This document shows, in pieces, positions 35,675 to 50,319 of a stretch of 64,000 bases of DNA. The notes beneath the pieces were generated by a model, which was not told the origin of the DNA, did not search any database, and worked only from the letters and a program-made list of their open reading frames with translations. Source of the DNA: Octopus sinensis (taxonomy: Eukaryota); the NCBI RefSeq assembly GCF_006345805.1, contig NC_043003.1, positions 23,312,001 through 23,376,000 on the forward strand, read 5' to 3'. Position numbers and translations under genes: made by a program. Each line of letters begins with the position of its first letter. Position 1 is the stretch's first letter.

Positions 35675-35923
35675 TTTTTTATTCGTTTACTTTATTCAGT
35701 CATTTCACTTCGGCGATGCAGGTGTACCGCCTTGAGTGAGTTTTAGTCGGACAATCAATCACAGGACTGATGTTGCATCAGTTGTTATTGCCGAACCGCT
35801 AAGTTACAGGGACATAAACACACCAACCCTGTTTGTCAAGCAATGATCGGGGTGGGGGTGGGGGCAATCGCAGACGCATAAATCTCACAGGCAGAAACAC
35901 ACCAAACACACACAACACACACA

Positions 35924-35954
<31 letters not shown>

Positions 35955-36126
35955 AATATATACAGCGGGCTTCTTTCAGTTTCTGTCTACCAAATTCACC
36001 CATAAGGATTTAGTTGGCCCGAGCCTTTAGTAGAAGACACTTGCTCAATGTGTCAAGCAGTGGGACTGAAACCTGAACCATGTGGTTGGAAGCAAGCTCC
36101 TTACCACACGGCCAGACATGCGCCTT
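35675..36126 (-). mobile_element. SINE family B, diverged
   Basis: Reverse-complement match. Confidence 0.7.
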
Positions 36127-36984
36127 TAATTACATTTATTTAATGTTAATTGTATTCTTTTAACTCATTCTCATTGAAATATATAGAATCAAACGCGAAT
36201 TCCAAATATAAAAGACATTTTATCATGTTTGAAAAGATTCGATGTTTATTGTCATCCTCGGTGTTGAATTAATATATTTATTTACTTATCCATTTATTTA
36301 TTTATATTGCTTTTTGATATTACTCTGACGAGGCAAGTCTGTGGGGGTTTATTATGCATCGACACCCACACGTTCGAAACTATTACAAGGATAATCAATA
36401 TTACGAATATTATCATTGTCTATGAATTGTTAATTAATATTCGATAGATGTAGTTGATATAAGTATAGACATAATCAGGAGACGAAGAGAAACGCGACAG
36501 CGTTGGAAACATATTTTAAGACATCATTTCATTAATCAATAAAGCGCTGATTCAAAAGATTGAAGGCAAGTGGGTAAAGGTGGTGCCTTCACGATCGTGA
36601 AATCGCGGTTTCGATTCCTGGACCGGTTGGAGCGATGTATCCTTGAACAAAACATTTCAGTCCACATCACTCCTGTTCACTCAGCTGTAATCGAGTGTCC
36701 AAGCGACGGACTGGTGTCCCATTCAAGTGTTGCATTTTATCCTCGACCACATATGCCACGAAAACCAGGTGAACGACCCTGAAATTCCTAATTTTCGAGG
36801 CAGCAGTTTCAAAATTTATGTGAACAACTTAAACGTAAACATTTCGTTTAACCATACAGTGAGTGCCTTAGATGGAAACGACTTTAGATGGACTTTAAAT
36901 ACGCTATGAAAACCTGGTTAATCCCTAGCTTCATAAAACCTGTGGCTCATCCAAGCTTTAAGTAAGTCTGTTTTATTTTATTTA

Positions 36985-37270
36985 TGCGACCATTTCAAGC
37001 CTAGCCAGGCTCATGGGCCCGGTTGCCCGGTTTCTGTGGCGTATGTGTTCCCCCCAGCTGGACGGGGTGCTAGTCCATCGCAGAGTTACTCAAGAAACAG
37101 GAAGAGAGAGTGAGAGAAAGTTGGGGCGAAAGAGTACAACAGGGGTTGCCCCCCCCCCTGCCGGAGCCACTTGGAGCTTTAGGTGTTTTCGCTCAATAAA
37201 CACACACAACGCCCGGTCTGGGAATCGAAACCGCGATCCTCCGACAACGAGGCCATTGCACCTCCACAAG
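36985..37270 (-). mobile_element. tRNA-derived SINE family C; other copies at about 49520-49830 (+), 55703-55945 (-), 62610-62895 (+), 62910-63095 (-)
   Basis: Head GGAGG.GCAATG.CCCA.TGGTTAGGGCAGCGGAC, B box GGTTTCGATTCC, tail GGGCCCATGAGCCTGGCTAGGCTTGAAA. Confidence 0.85.
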
Positions 37271-37457
37271 TAAGTCTATTATGGGATGGAATTTGATCTC
37301 AATATGCACAGAGGTAGAACAGATACTGCATGCACATATTGAAATTTTATTAAAGACTAGCAGAAAGACCGCCCTCCGAGCGGTTTTTCCGTAAATCTTT
37401 TGTTTATTTACTTTTGTTTTAAATTGAAAGATGTACGTACGTGTATATCAAATGGAC

Positions 37458-37501
<44 letters not shown>

Positions 37502-38199
37502 AGTGAGTGAGTGAGTGAGTGGGTGAGTGATTGATTGATTGATTGAGTGAGTGAGTGAGTGAAGGTATGTGTTGGCATTATACGTAAATACACAAATATG
37601 CATGCATCTTTTTTGCATGTATGTGTGCGAGCATGTGTGCCTATGTGTGTGTGTGAGAGAGGGAGTCCCATTTAGACATCTCTCTCTCTCTCTCTCTCTC
37701 TAAACCACACACAGACACACGTATACATACATACAAAAAAGATGCATGCATATGTATTCATGTATGTACGTATACACGACAACACACCCCTTCACTTTCA
37801 CACTCTCACACATACAGGCACGGAAACACGCACATACAAAAAAGTTAGAAACACGCATACAAAAACACACGTGTGCGTGTGTGACTGACTACCAATACAT
37901 AGAGCTGAACACGGCGCGCAAAAAGTAAAAAGACATAAAATTGCTACGGAAAATAACGAAGTGGGCGGGTTCAAGCGAAGGTATGCACATATTCTTTTGA
38001 CGCCCATGATGAATTTCAAAATTCTAATGTAATATTTGTGTAATAACGACATCAAACGCATGAAAACACATACGCATACATACACGCATGCACACATACA
38101 TACACACATACATACATACATACATACATACATACATACATACATACATACATACAACTTCACAGTGCTTCTCTGTAACAAACTAGTTTATATCACTTT

Positions 38200-38580
38200 A
38201 GTCTTTTGCTTGTTTCAATCATTTGACTGCGTCCATGTTGGAGCACCGTCTTTACTCGAGCAAGTCGACCCCAGCACTTATTATTTGCAAGCCTAGTACT
38301 TATCCTATCGGTTGCTAAGTTACGGGCACGTAAACACACCAGTGTCGGTTGTCAAGAGATCTTGGGGGGACAAATACACACACACATATATATATATACA
38401 TATACATATATACGACAGGCTTCTTTTCACTTTTCGTCTATCAAATCCACTCACAAGGCTTTAGTCGGCTCGAGGCTATAGTCGAAGACACTTGCCCAAA
38501 GTACCACGCAGTGGTACTGAACCCGGAGCAATGTAGTTCGTAATCAAGCTACATACCACGCAGCCACTCCTACGCCTCCT
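38200..38580 (-). mobile_element. SINE family B
   Basis: Reverse-complement match. Confidence 0.8.
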
Positions 38581-39459
38581 TCTAAGATTAACTTTCTTTG
38601 TCATATTTCTGATGTCGATTGAAACAAAGAAACAGCCTAGACTAATAGATCTGAATGACCGTAACAATGTTTCCTTGAATGCATAGAGGCGATTATCCTC
38701 CTAATCCTTAGCTTATGAGTGACCACGCCTTTCAGACAAACACAGTATATTTATTTCTAAGCCACTTATTTCTAGATTACTCTCAAAGGAAGAGGAACAC
38801 ACCGTGATTGTATTCTTCGACAATTCCATGAATAAGACTTTTACCTGTCAAGGAATCAAGCATCATGGATAGATTGTAGGGTTGATGGGGCATGGTAGAC
38901 AACTTGTATGGTAATCATTGAATTTAGTGTCTACATATATGCGAGTAAACCATCTTCCCGAGGACAACCATCTGTGACCGAGCAGTAATTTTTCGGCCAA
39001 AACGTATCGAGATACGCATTATACAGAATGTTCTTTCTATGTTAAGATAATTAATGTTGTTGTCTGGAATACGAAGTTGCTATCAGTTATGTGTCTAGCG
39101 ATCGCATAGAATTTTTCTCATTTGCTCTAATAGAATTCTTGATGATGTGAAGTGAAAGATGTTGTTTCACACAAGCATTTCGTTTGAGTCCCTTTACTTT
39201 ACGATATGCAAATCATTTAAAATCCTCATAAAATCATAGCATTGTTTGAATAATTATTGCTTTTCGATGATAGGACGAATTCTTTCTTGTCTTTTCAAAT
39301 GATCCCTGAAAAAAATAACATATTAAAGCATAATTTCGTTTGATATCGTACTTGATTATTTATCTTTAATAACTCGTTTCCATTCACTTTATAAACAAGT
39401 ATATGCGTGTGTGTGGGTGGGTGTGGAGATTCCTGTGTGGCTGTCTATGCATAGATGTG

Positions 39460-39496
<37 letters not shown>

Positions 39497-39498
<2 letters not shown>

Positions 39499-39906
39499 TC
39501 TTTTACTCTTTTACTTGTTTCAGTCATTTGACTGCGGCCATGCTGGAGCACCGCCTTTAGTCGAGCAAATCGACCCCGGGACTTATTCTTTGTAAGCCCA
39601 GTACTTATTCTATCGGTCTCTTTTGCCGAACCGCTAAGTGACGGGGACGTAAACACACCAGCATCGTTTGTCAAGCAATGCCAGGGGGACAAACACAAAC
39701 ACACAAACACACATACACGCATATATATATATACATATATACGACGGGCTTCTTTCAGTTTCCGTCTACCAAATCCACTCACAAGGCTTTGGTCGGCCCG
39801 GGGCTATAGCAGAAGACACTTGCCCAAGATGCCACGCAGTGGGACTGAACCCGGAACCATGTGGTCGTTTAGCAAGCTACTTACCAGACAGCCACTCCTG
39901 CGCCTA
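39497..39906 (-). mobile_element. SINE family B, low divergence
   Basis: Reverse-complement match. Confidence 0.88.
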
Positions 39907-39949
39907 TATATATATATATTGTTTTTATAAATTATTGTTTTTATACACG

Positions 39950-41230
39950 AACGTATACACACATACCCACGTATCCACGAACACACATATACCTCCCACA
40001 CACCACACACATACAACATACATGCACATATACACACACATACTTCCACAAACATACACACACGCATACATACACATATACACACACTCACATGCACCCA
40101 CGCGCACACACACATATGCGCGTACATACACACTTACACAAACGTACACACAACCACATACACGCACATACTCAAGCACACGCGCGTACATGCAATAAAA
40201 TGCACACAACCTGACATACATCTCCACGTTCACACTCACATATACACATGCACGCACATACACACATGCACACACACACACATACACACACACGCACATA
40301 CATACGCACATAATACACACACACACATATACACACGTACATACACACACACACCGGCACAGTTTCCCACATATACCTCCAACAAACAATACTTATACAG
40401 ATACGCGCACAATTATACATACACGGGCACAGACACACACGCACATACACGCACACACGCACGTAAGCAGACACACGCATACACAAATTCACATACACAC
40501 CTATACATATACATACACACAATATATGCATACACGCGCACACACATACACATACGTATACACATATAGACACAGATACACAAACATGCGCACAAGTACG
40601 CACCCAAACACGCACACGAATGCACACACCTTACACTCACAACCCCACGGATACACGTATATATATCCACATACGCATACACACACACATACACACGCAC
40701 ACATACACGCACACACAACTACACGCACATACGACACGCACGCACATACACACACACACACAAATGAAACCACACATACATCCCATACACACAGCACACA
40801 CTCATACATACACGCACACAATTATACATACATGTATACACACATACACACATACAAGCACACACGCGCACATACACAAAGTTATTCGCCACACACACAA
40901 ACTCTACGCATACACACACGTACACACACATACATACACACACACATACACACTACAAACAAAACACACACATGATACATATACATACGCGCACGCACAC
41001 ACATACTTCAAACTACCAGTACCTTTCACTGACCATTTTTTCCACATAGATAGACACAAGAGCCACTCCTAATTCGTTCTTCCTTGACCTTAAACAATAC
41101 TAAGCCCTACCACACACATAGATTAGCAGCCACAACCACACACAGACTCACGTGTTATAATTGCGCACATACACACACACGCACACGCAGACCTGCGCGC
41201 ACGCACACATCCACACTTACACACACATAC
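39950..41230. repeat. Degenerate (CA)n/(CATA)n low-complexity tract
   Basis: Source of the overlapping H/T-rich and C/V-rich ORFs. Confidence 0.92.
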
Positions 41231-41369
41231 CTTCTCTTGCACTCTCCTGTCTTTGAAAGAACTTTTTCTTCACCCATTCCCTTCCGGTCATTCAAACTGT
41301 GACCGCGTGTTTACCGTTGGCGATTGTTTTTCCTCCGTCTTCCCTTCTTTGGATCTTTCCTTTTCCTAT

Positions 41370-41404
41370 GTTTCTGACGAAGAGCTCCGCTCGAAACGTT
41401 AAAC
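41370..41404 (+). ncRNA. Minimal hammerhead ribozyme (CTGANGAAG type) in a pyrimidine-rich pLTR-like repeat (about 41230-41500)
   Basis: GTTT-CTGACGA-A-GAGC(tcc)GCTC-GAAA-CG-TT-AAAC: all stems pair. Confidence 0.72.
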
Positions 41405-43948
41405 CCTCCTTCTTTCCGTCTTTCCTGAGCGTCCAATAATACTATACTTGTTCAACGGCCTCGCGTTGTTGTGTTTTCATGTTTGGATTAACTTTATATA
41501 TGTATATTGTTAATTAATATCCTAGAAACAGCTGTAAGACCTATCTATAAATGCTCTAATATCTATACAGCCTTAGCTTTTTATCTCATTATGCAAAAAA
41601 TTCATATATACATATATATATGTATATGTAATCGTGCTTGTATGCGTAAATTTTTGATTGCCACTTGAACAACATTCAATTAAACTCCCGGCAAATCTGA
41701 AGCAAATTCTTATATTTTCTATAGTGACTGAAGCATGTATTACATTGTAGTTCGGTTATGAATGCCTGGAAGCTCTTCCATTTGGTTGTATAGTGTATCA
41801 AATTGATAGGGCAAGGTGTCTGCCTTTTGAATCGATTCATAAAATAATTCATTTAACGCATAATAATCAAATCATTTAGTGTCGTTACTGTGCAGCAATG
41901 ACAGTACTGCGATAGTAAAATGAATTTTTGCATTTAGTATGTTCTGTTGACGCAGTAATTCACCAATTTAATAACAGCTAGGAGAGCGGAAAGGACAACC
42001 ACAACAACCACAAATACAGCGAAATTTCATCATAACTGTCTTAATATTAAAATTTATAATGTTGCTTTAGCCAAACAAAAAATTATTTAGTTTCTGAACT
42101 AGCAGAAACTAAATAAATGAAATGGGTCTTAGTGGATAAATCGTTAGAATTTTAGACAGAAACCCTAACAAAATTAATTTCTTTTTCATGGTCGATGAGA
42201 AAAATGCAGTTCAGAGCAATGGGATTGGTGGAGTTATTATAGCATCGAGGCTTGGCTCGATGGGATTATTTATTTTGTTTCAATAACATGTCGGTGAAAT
42301 AAACATCTCAGTACATAGAATATTGCTCGAATTTTGTTCAGTATGGTTCATATTATATATTTCCCGATATAAGAATCATTTCTTCATTTTCCTTTCACCG
42401 CCAATAAATGGTGAAACGCCTACTGCGGTACTATAAATATATTATGATTTAACCTCACATTGGACATATATGCAGTTTTGTGTATCACACAATTGTATGG
42501 ATTCCGATAAGGAACTTACAAATACACCTCAAAATTTACGTCACAAGGAATAATAGATTTTGATTAAATTTTACAATGTAAAATAGTTATGATATTGCTG
42601 TATTTACTTGTGTATTTAGCGTTGATGTGTATAGCAATAAGGCCTTTACATACTTTCGATAAGAATGCAGGTGTATTTTAATGATATTTAAACTGCTACT
42701 AAGAACGATTCTGTGTAATTCAGTCACCTAATATGGCAGATGAATTGTATATTTTAAGTATTTATAGACCTATGTCAATAGCGCTACATGATTTTGCTAT
42801 TACGGGGAATTTGCATCATAAAGTGTATTGTAACGTGAATTTGAGAAGCAAAATTGCAGCAATTTAATGAATGGTCGTTAACTAATATGATTCGTTTATA
42901 GAAAATCAATTTCGGAATTTTAAAACGTTCCCTTCATCTTTCGGAGAAGCAAAATATATGGAATCTGAATCAGTTTGGAATATTTGCAACACATGCATTT
43001 CTAAGCATAGAGGACATTACAATTGACGACGTCCCCGTTCCTACCCATACTCACAGTCAGAACACCTCCAAAGCTATATCCATTACCAGAACTCCTGGAT
43101 AGAAATGGGTGAAATGTGTCAAATATTATAGCCCTTGGCCATATTTTATCAGCAGTATCACGTAACACCATACTACTGAAAAACTACTGCTTCATACAGG
43201 ACAAAGTATTACTAGTAGCATGAAATAGTCCTGCAACTTTCACAGTAGCCTAATATAACGTGCAAAAGAACCTACAATGATACAGCTATAACACAATTGC
43301 TCATATAATACATAGGATGTGCTTTATATAATGGTATACATTTAAACTGTATGAACAATGTCATCAACATGCAATTAGGGTCCTCCGAGTTGTTTCATAT
43401 CTTTAGCTACACAACCACTGATGATTTTTTCCTGATGCAATTACATCATTATGTGTAGGGAAATTAACCCTTCATTTCAGAGAGAAAATTTGTAAATCTC
43501 CTAGCAGTTACGTACCCTATACAAAGTGAGCACCTCAGTTGAATACAGTTCTCACATCTGGGAGGCGCATCTACAACACATACGAATACCGTGGAACGAC
43601 TGACTGACATGAGGTCTCTTAACAAAACACAGCAAAGTACGAAATATTACAATGAACATCTAGTTGCACACTTCACTTTCTCTCCCCTTGTTGCCAATAC
43701 TGTAACTACGAATCATATTTATAATGAAGTAAACACAATCAACTCGAAACAAAGATATTTCTAATAATTTTCTGACACAATTACGAGATTATACGTTTGC
43801 TCTTTACAGACACGTTCCGCGCTATGAGATCGATAGAGTTAATTTTATTTAAGTTTATGTCTCTAAGGAGATGCGCGTGTAAGGAGTAAAACTTTGAAAT
43901 TTTCGAGAGAAATCAGTCTTTCCAAAGAGTAGCGGTTACTGTACTGGC

Positions 43949-44184
43949 AAAGGCGGCGAGCTGGCAGAAACGTTGGCACGCTGGGCGAAATGCTTAGCGG
44001 TATTTCGTCTGCGTTACGTTGTGAGTTCAAATTCCGCCGAGGTCGACTTTGCCTTTCATCCTTTTGGGGTCGATAAATTAAGTACCAGTTACGCACTGGG
44101 GTCGGTGTAATCGACTTAATACCTATGTCTGTCCTTGTTTGTCCGCTCTGTGTTTAGCCCCCTGTGGGTAATAAAGAAATAGGT
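43949..44184 (+). mobile_element. SINE family A with a 15-bp TSD
   Basis: GGTTACTGTACTGGC at 43934-43948 and 44182-44196. Confidence 0.88.
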
Positions 44185-44950
44185 TACTGTACTGGCTGTA
44201 GAGATGTAGAGTCAGGCGATGTCATAAACATAACCAAATCTAAGGAGTGTGATGTCAGTCATGGCATTTAAATGTTTTGTAGAATCTTTCCTGCAGATGT
44301 CAGAATAGTACCGACTTGTGGAACTGAACAGTTCTAAATTGTGGTACTCACTTTGTATAGGTTTAAAACGTTTACAGTTTGATTATTATCTGTTCCCAGA
44401 CTGTAAAGCCAGTTTTTTGTTAACGGTGCTGTTTTAATGATGCTAAAGATATAAGCAGCAGCTTTGAGTGCCGTAGTTATGCAGTGTTATTTATCTTTCT
44501 GATACAATGAATCTAGAGTCCCTTTATACTATGAATTCTCCTCTTCTAAGCGAGTCAAATGTAAAGCGAGGAAGCTTCTATCCATATACAGGCTTCTGTG
44601 TTTGACACATACAAGCATGATTAGAGGGGATGCTAGAGCGAAATGTGCCAATCAATTCAATCGATTAATTAAAATGTTACAGAAAATGCAAATCATACAG
44701 TTATTGTATTGTTATGGTAACACGAATTTTTCGGATTTGGTCTTTCCACTTAATTTGCTGAGCCATTACTCTAATGGTGATTGTAAAATGAGAAAGAACA
44801 GAAAAACAGAGCAATCACCAAAAACAATAAACAGATTCTGTTTCATAAAAATGTCAATACTATAAAATTTACTATCCTGTTATAGAGGCACAGTATGCAC
44901 TTAGACACTTTGATACTGTTGCATTATAACATACATATTTGTTTGTGTCT

Positions 44951-44982
<32 letters not shown>

Positions 44983-45854
44983 CGCTGTGTACTAAGGAGT
45001 TTACTTCCCAACCATATGAGTCCAGGTTCAGTTCCACTGCGTGTTACTTTGGGCAAGTGTCTTACAGCACCAGGCCGAAGAAAATATTGCTTTCCTTTTC
45101 TTCTACCTTACTGTCTCTCCCTCTCTCTCTCTCTCTCTCTCATTCTTCATTCTTTTCTCTACAACCATTCCCTTTTTTCTCTCCCTTTCTCTTACTCCTC
45201 CTCCTCTCTCCCGTCGCGGACACGTGATGAGAAGGCTACTACTGTCTTTCCTCTCTTGGCTACCTTCAAGTAGAGACGGCAAATCTCTTGCTCCCTCGCC
45301 GTTCTCAAAAAATAGCGTTCGTAAAAAATTTTATCTCGTTCTTGTTTGTCTTACTGTTATTCTCCGTGTCCTGTCTTTTACTGTTTATATTTTGTACTGT
45401 CGTTACTGTCCTGTTTTTGTTACAATCTTTAACCCTCCGCAAAAAAATCTCAAATTTTATTTAATTTGATTTTCGCGGGAAGAAAAGTTTCATTAAAGTC
45501 ATGTATCACCTTGACCTTCGAAACGTGGAGTAGATGAAACAAAGGCGACTGAAGAAGGGGAATTTTCCTTGTTTTGTATGTCCTGTACTCTATTTTTTCG
45601 TTGTTTAAGAAAAATGTCCATTTCCTTGGTTTTGTGTCTATGTTTTCGTTTCTCATTGTGTTCGACGTTTTTTTGGTGCCCTGTACCCATATATGCATGT
45701 ATATATACATGTAGAGGTGGGTACGTACATATATGTATGTATATATGCATATGTTTTATTTATTTATTAATTTATTATATGACGGAACGCACGCATCCAT
45801 TTCTAAGTAAGATTGTTCTTAATATATATATATATATTATATATATATATATAT

Positions 45855-45892
<38 letters not shown>

Positions 45893-46137
45893 AGTGTGAG
45901 TATGTGTGTGTGTGTGTGTATGTGTGTTTGTGTGTGCGTGTGCCTGTGTTTGCGTCTGTGTTTGTCCTCTACTAGCGCTTGACAACCGGTGTTGGTGTGT
46001 TTACGTTCCCGTAACTTTGTGGTTCGGTAAAAGTTATAAATAGAATAAATACCAGGCTTAAATAAAAAAAAAGAACTGGACTCGATTCATTCCACTAAAA
46101 ATTATTCAAGGCGGTGCCCCAGCTTCGTTGCATTCAA

Positions 46138-46196
<59 letters not shown>

Positions 46197-46197
<1 letters not shown>

Positions 46198-46596
46198 AGG
46201 CGCAGGAGTGGCTGTGTTGTAAGTAGCTTGCTTACCAACCACATGGTTCTGGGTTCAGTCCCACTGCGTAGCACCTTGGGCAAATGTCTTCTACTATAGC
46301 CTCGGGCCGACCAAAGCCTTGTGAGTGGATTTGGTAGACGGAAAGTGAAAAGAAGCCCGTCGTGTATATGTATATATATATATGTATGTATGTGCCTGTG
46401 TCCCCCACCAACATCGCTTGACAACCGATGCTGGTGTGTTGACGTCCCTGTAACTTAGCGGTTCGGAAAAAGAGAACGATGGAATAAGTACTAAGCTTAC
46501 AAAGAATAAGTCCTGGGGTCGATTTGCTCGACTAAAGGCGTTGCTCCAGCATGGCTGCACTCAAATGACTGAAACAAGTAAAAGAGTAAAAGAGTA
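46197..46596 (+). mobile_element. SINE family B (partial copies also at about 44983-45085 and 45895-46140)
   Basis: Full-length match. Confidence 0.88.
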
Positions 46597-46618
46597 GAAT
46601 AGTATATATATATATATA

Positions 46619-47828
46619 CAGTTCCGGCCAAATTGTTCAGAACGGCATTGCTTTCGTCAGAAAAGTAGATACAATTTTTTATCAAAGTTGTTTTATATTC
46701 TATAATTTTCACAGACAATAAATACGATATAATTTGTTATTGTCTGAGATTCTGGTGTAATTTGAGAGGATAATACAAAAGTTATGGATGATTTAGTGAT
46801 TTACTGCAATATTCATACCGGCCAAAATGATTAGAACGGTTGAAAAAATAACAAAATAATCAAAAATGATAGAGAATACTGGAATTATTTAATATTTAGC
46901 GTGAAGCCATTTAGCTTCAATCACACTTTGACATCTTCGACTGAATGAGGAAACTAAATTTTCAATTTCTTGCTGGGTGATCTTATTCAATTTTCTTCCT
47001 GATGGGCATTCTATAATTGCTCAGTTGTTTTAGGATTTCTGGCTTTCGAACGTTCTCCTAGAATATTCCACACATTTTCAATAGGATTGAGATCTGGGCA
47101 AAGGTAAGACGACACTTTTTATTCTTGGAGCTGATCAGTGGCTTCACTGCAGGTGCTCTTGTTTGTAGGTCGTGTTCAACTAAACGACGAGACACAGTTT
47201 TTCGAGATAAAGTTTTCTTCAGTACAAAGTCTCATTTCCCGAAAAACAGCAGCAGCAGTTTTAAATCTGTCCTTTTTAACCAACTTTACCATAGCACGAT
47301 CTTCTCTCTTGGTCGTTTTTCTTGGCCTACCTATGGACTTTCTTGCTTCACACGAACCACAATCATCGTAGACCTTAAGAATACCATGAACAACACTTTT
47401 TGACTTGTTAACAATCTTTGCAATAGACCCAATACTTAAATTATCCTTCTTTTGAAGCTTAATAATCTGCTGACGAATTGGTAACGGAGTAAGTGGCATT
47501 ATATACACTGCAGATATTCTTACTAATGTTTAGTAAACGAACCGTCAAGTAAACAAATTCAAAACATTAGAGTTCGCCGGTTCAATATACTAAAACACGG
47601 AGTAAAAGCAATCGTTCTGATCATTTTGACTGCCATGGGTATTGCAGTAAATCACTAAATCATCCATGACTTTTGTATTATCCTCTCAAATTACACCAAA
47701 ATATCAGACAATAACAAATAATATTGTATTTATTGTCTGTGAAAATTATAGAATATAAAATAAATTTGATAAAAACTTATACCTACTTTTCTGACGAAAA
47801 CAATGCCGTTCTGAACATTTAATCGCAA

Positions 47829-47831
<3 letters not shown>
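46619..47831 (-). mobile_element. Internally deleted IR/DR-type Tc1 transposon
   Basis: TA-CAGTT...AACTG-TA; about 225-bp TIRs each with two DRs (GGCCAAA.TG.T.AGAACGG); ORF 47176-47508 is a paired-like HTH with GRPRKTT; C-terminal PDLNPIENVW remnant near 47050-47100; most of the DDE domain is missing. Confidence 0.92.
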
Positions 47832-47870
<39 letters not shown>

Positions 47871-49244
47871 TACAAATATCTATATACGCACACACACGCA
47901 TATAAGTGTGTGTGTGCGTGTGCGCGTGCTTTTAGTTTTGCCGTTTTAAAAAATTTTCGTTAAATTACTGAAATCGTTTCTATTTCTTGCCAATCGAAAG
48001 ACATCAACATTTATTACGTTGCACTTTAAAAATTAATGGATAATTGAAAATACAGTTGTAAAATGTAAGGCGGTTTCGATTTAGAAAACAGAATGATTCT
48101 GTTATCATCATTTATGCCATTAAGATATATTGTGGCAGTTATTGACGTCACATTTCATGTTGTATCTAATTATCGTATACAAGTATATGGACGTTTATTT
48201 TATAGGAAAGGAATATATTGTATTCTATGCCATAGAAATATAAATGTATAATCTAGAATTATGCTAATAAAATAAAACTAACACAAATAGGATATAAAAT
48301 CGTCGTTTAATAAAACGTGTAATAAAACAAGTGTCTTTATGCTTATCAATGTACATTGTATAAATGCTTCTATAGATGCAAATTGTTATATATATAGAAA
48401 AAATTCTATACTGAGAAAATCGTAAATTATCTGTTATCGTTCAGATCACCGCGACATCTTTTTGATGTAGAGAACTGTGTTTTATTGACAAATAAATGTT
48501 AAAATTAATCCGGAATTCTACAATAGCAGCATAAAGATAATTATGTTTGAATACTGGTATAGTAAGAAATATGTTGCATTTTCATAAGAGCTAACGATAG
48601 ACCTAAGAAAGCAAAGCACTCCAAATACAAACGAATCAAAAGAAAATGAAAATGAAACTCGATTTGAATACTTCGTTTTTACAAGTACCAGATTAAACTC
48701 TAAAACACTGTCAAAAAGAGGATTAAGCCCAACTGCAGAATATTCCGTGATTTTTTAAATGCATATCTTATAAATTCCAATGAAGAAAAACATTTTGCGT
48801 AAAGAAATTACCTGACTACATAGAAATATGTGTTTCTTTTGTATAAAGAGTATTGCATAAGAGAAGCACTGCCTACACTATATAATATAACTTCCTCCTA
48901 AGATTTCGCTGAGGTCGACTTTGCCTTTCCTCCTTTCGGGGTCGATAAATTAAGTAGCAGTTGCGTTCTCGGGTAGATCTTGTCGACTGACCCCCCACCT
49001 CATATAATTTCGGGCCTTGTACATAGAGTAGAAAAGAATGTAACTTTCTCTTCAACAAATGTTTTGTCCAGTAATTGCTACAAGTAAATCGCCCAGATAT
49101 CTTGTCACATAATGTGTCATATATTTACTGGAAATCAGGAAAAATACTGGAAAAATAAAGGAAATATATTTCAGAAATACAAAACAGGACTCAAAAACAT
49201 ACATAAATAACAAGTACATCAAAAAAGCAAAGTATTTATACATA

Positions 49245-49475
49245 TTTCTTTACAACCCACAAGGGGCTAAACACAGAGAGGACAAACAAAGACAGACAAA
49301 CGGATTAAGTAGATTACATCGACCCCAGTGCGTAACTGGTACTTAATTTATCGACCCCGAAAGGATGAAAGGCAAAGTCGACCTCGGCGGAATTTGAACA
49401 CAGAACGTAACGGCAGACGAAATACTGCTAAGCATTTCGCCCGGCGTGCTAACGATTCTGCCAGCTCGCCGCCTT
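49245..49475 (-). mobile_element. SINE family A
   Basis: Full-length reverse complement. Confidence 0.85.
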
Positions 49476-50232
49476 GCAAAGTATTTATGTATACACACGC
49501 GTATAACACGTGAAGGCACATAGCTTTGTTGCTAGAGCGGCAGACTTGCGGTCGACGGATCGCGAGTTCGAATCTCAGACTGGGCGATGTGTGTGTGTTT
49601 ATGAGCAAAACACCTATGCTCTACGCAGTTCCGGCAGAAGGTAATGGCGAACTTATGCTGAGTCTTTCGCCACAACTTTCTCTCACTCTTTCCTCCTGCG
49701 ACGGACCGGCGTCCTGCTCAGGTGGAGAATCTATACACCAATGAAACCGCCAGTTGGGGAACCTGTACGCCAATGAAGCCGGGAAACCGGTCCTTATGAG
49801 CCAGACATAGCTCGAGAAGGAACAAACAACACGCGCGTATAACAGAGCAATTCAAGCTATATACTCAATAACAGGTATAAAACTTATTAGTAGCTACGTA
49901 AAACAGTAAATAAAACATTATTAAAAGAAGCAATTACTATTATACATTTTTTTCTGTAGTTTCAGCTTAGAGCTGCGGCCATGCAGATGCACCGCCGTTT
50001 TTGTCAAAATCTGCTTTAAAATGGGAAAATAGAAATATTTGTTTACCTCATGTCATTATATAGAGAACATCAATAACCTTTTGAAAACTGAAATTATGAA
50101 ACTGTTCAAGTTGAAGTAACTAAAAAATAAAAAAAAAAGGAAATAGAATCTAAAATACTGCAAGTGTATTTTCGAAGCCATTTTCTTTCTCTTCTCATTG
50201 AAAGTGTTTAATTCCTCCCCCCTCTCATTCTG

Positions 50233-50319
<87 letters not shown>

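Noticed and set aside
39668-41302. Many overlapping 100-176-aa ORFs rich in H/T or C/V/Y
   Set aside because: They are translations of a degenerate (CA)n tract; the same applies to the IY/YI-, HT- and poly-I/N/L-rich ORFs throughout the track.
43420-43460. CTGATGA motif
   Set aside because: No stem II or GAAA follows.
44350-44400. Minus-strand exon ending in GTGAGT
   Set aside because: CCTATACAAAGTGAG also occurs at about 43516 (+); both lie in inverted, decayed copies of a LINE RT remnant (about 43500-43800 and 44195-44500).
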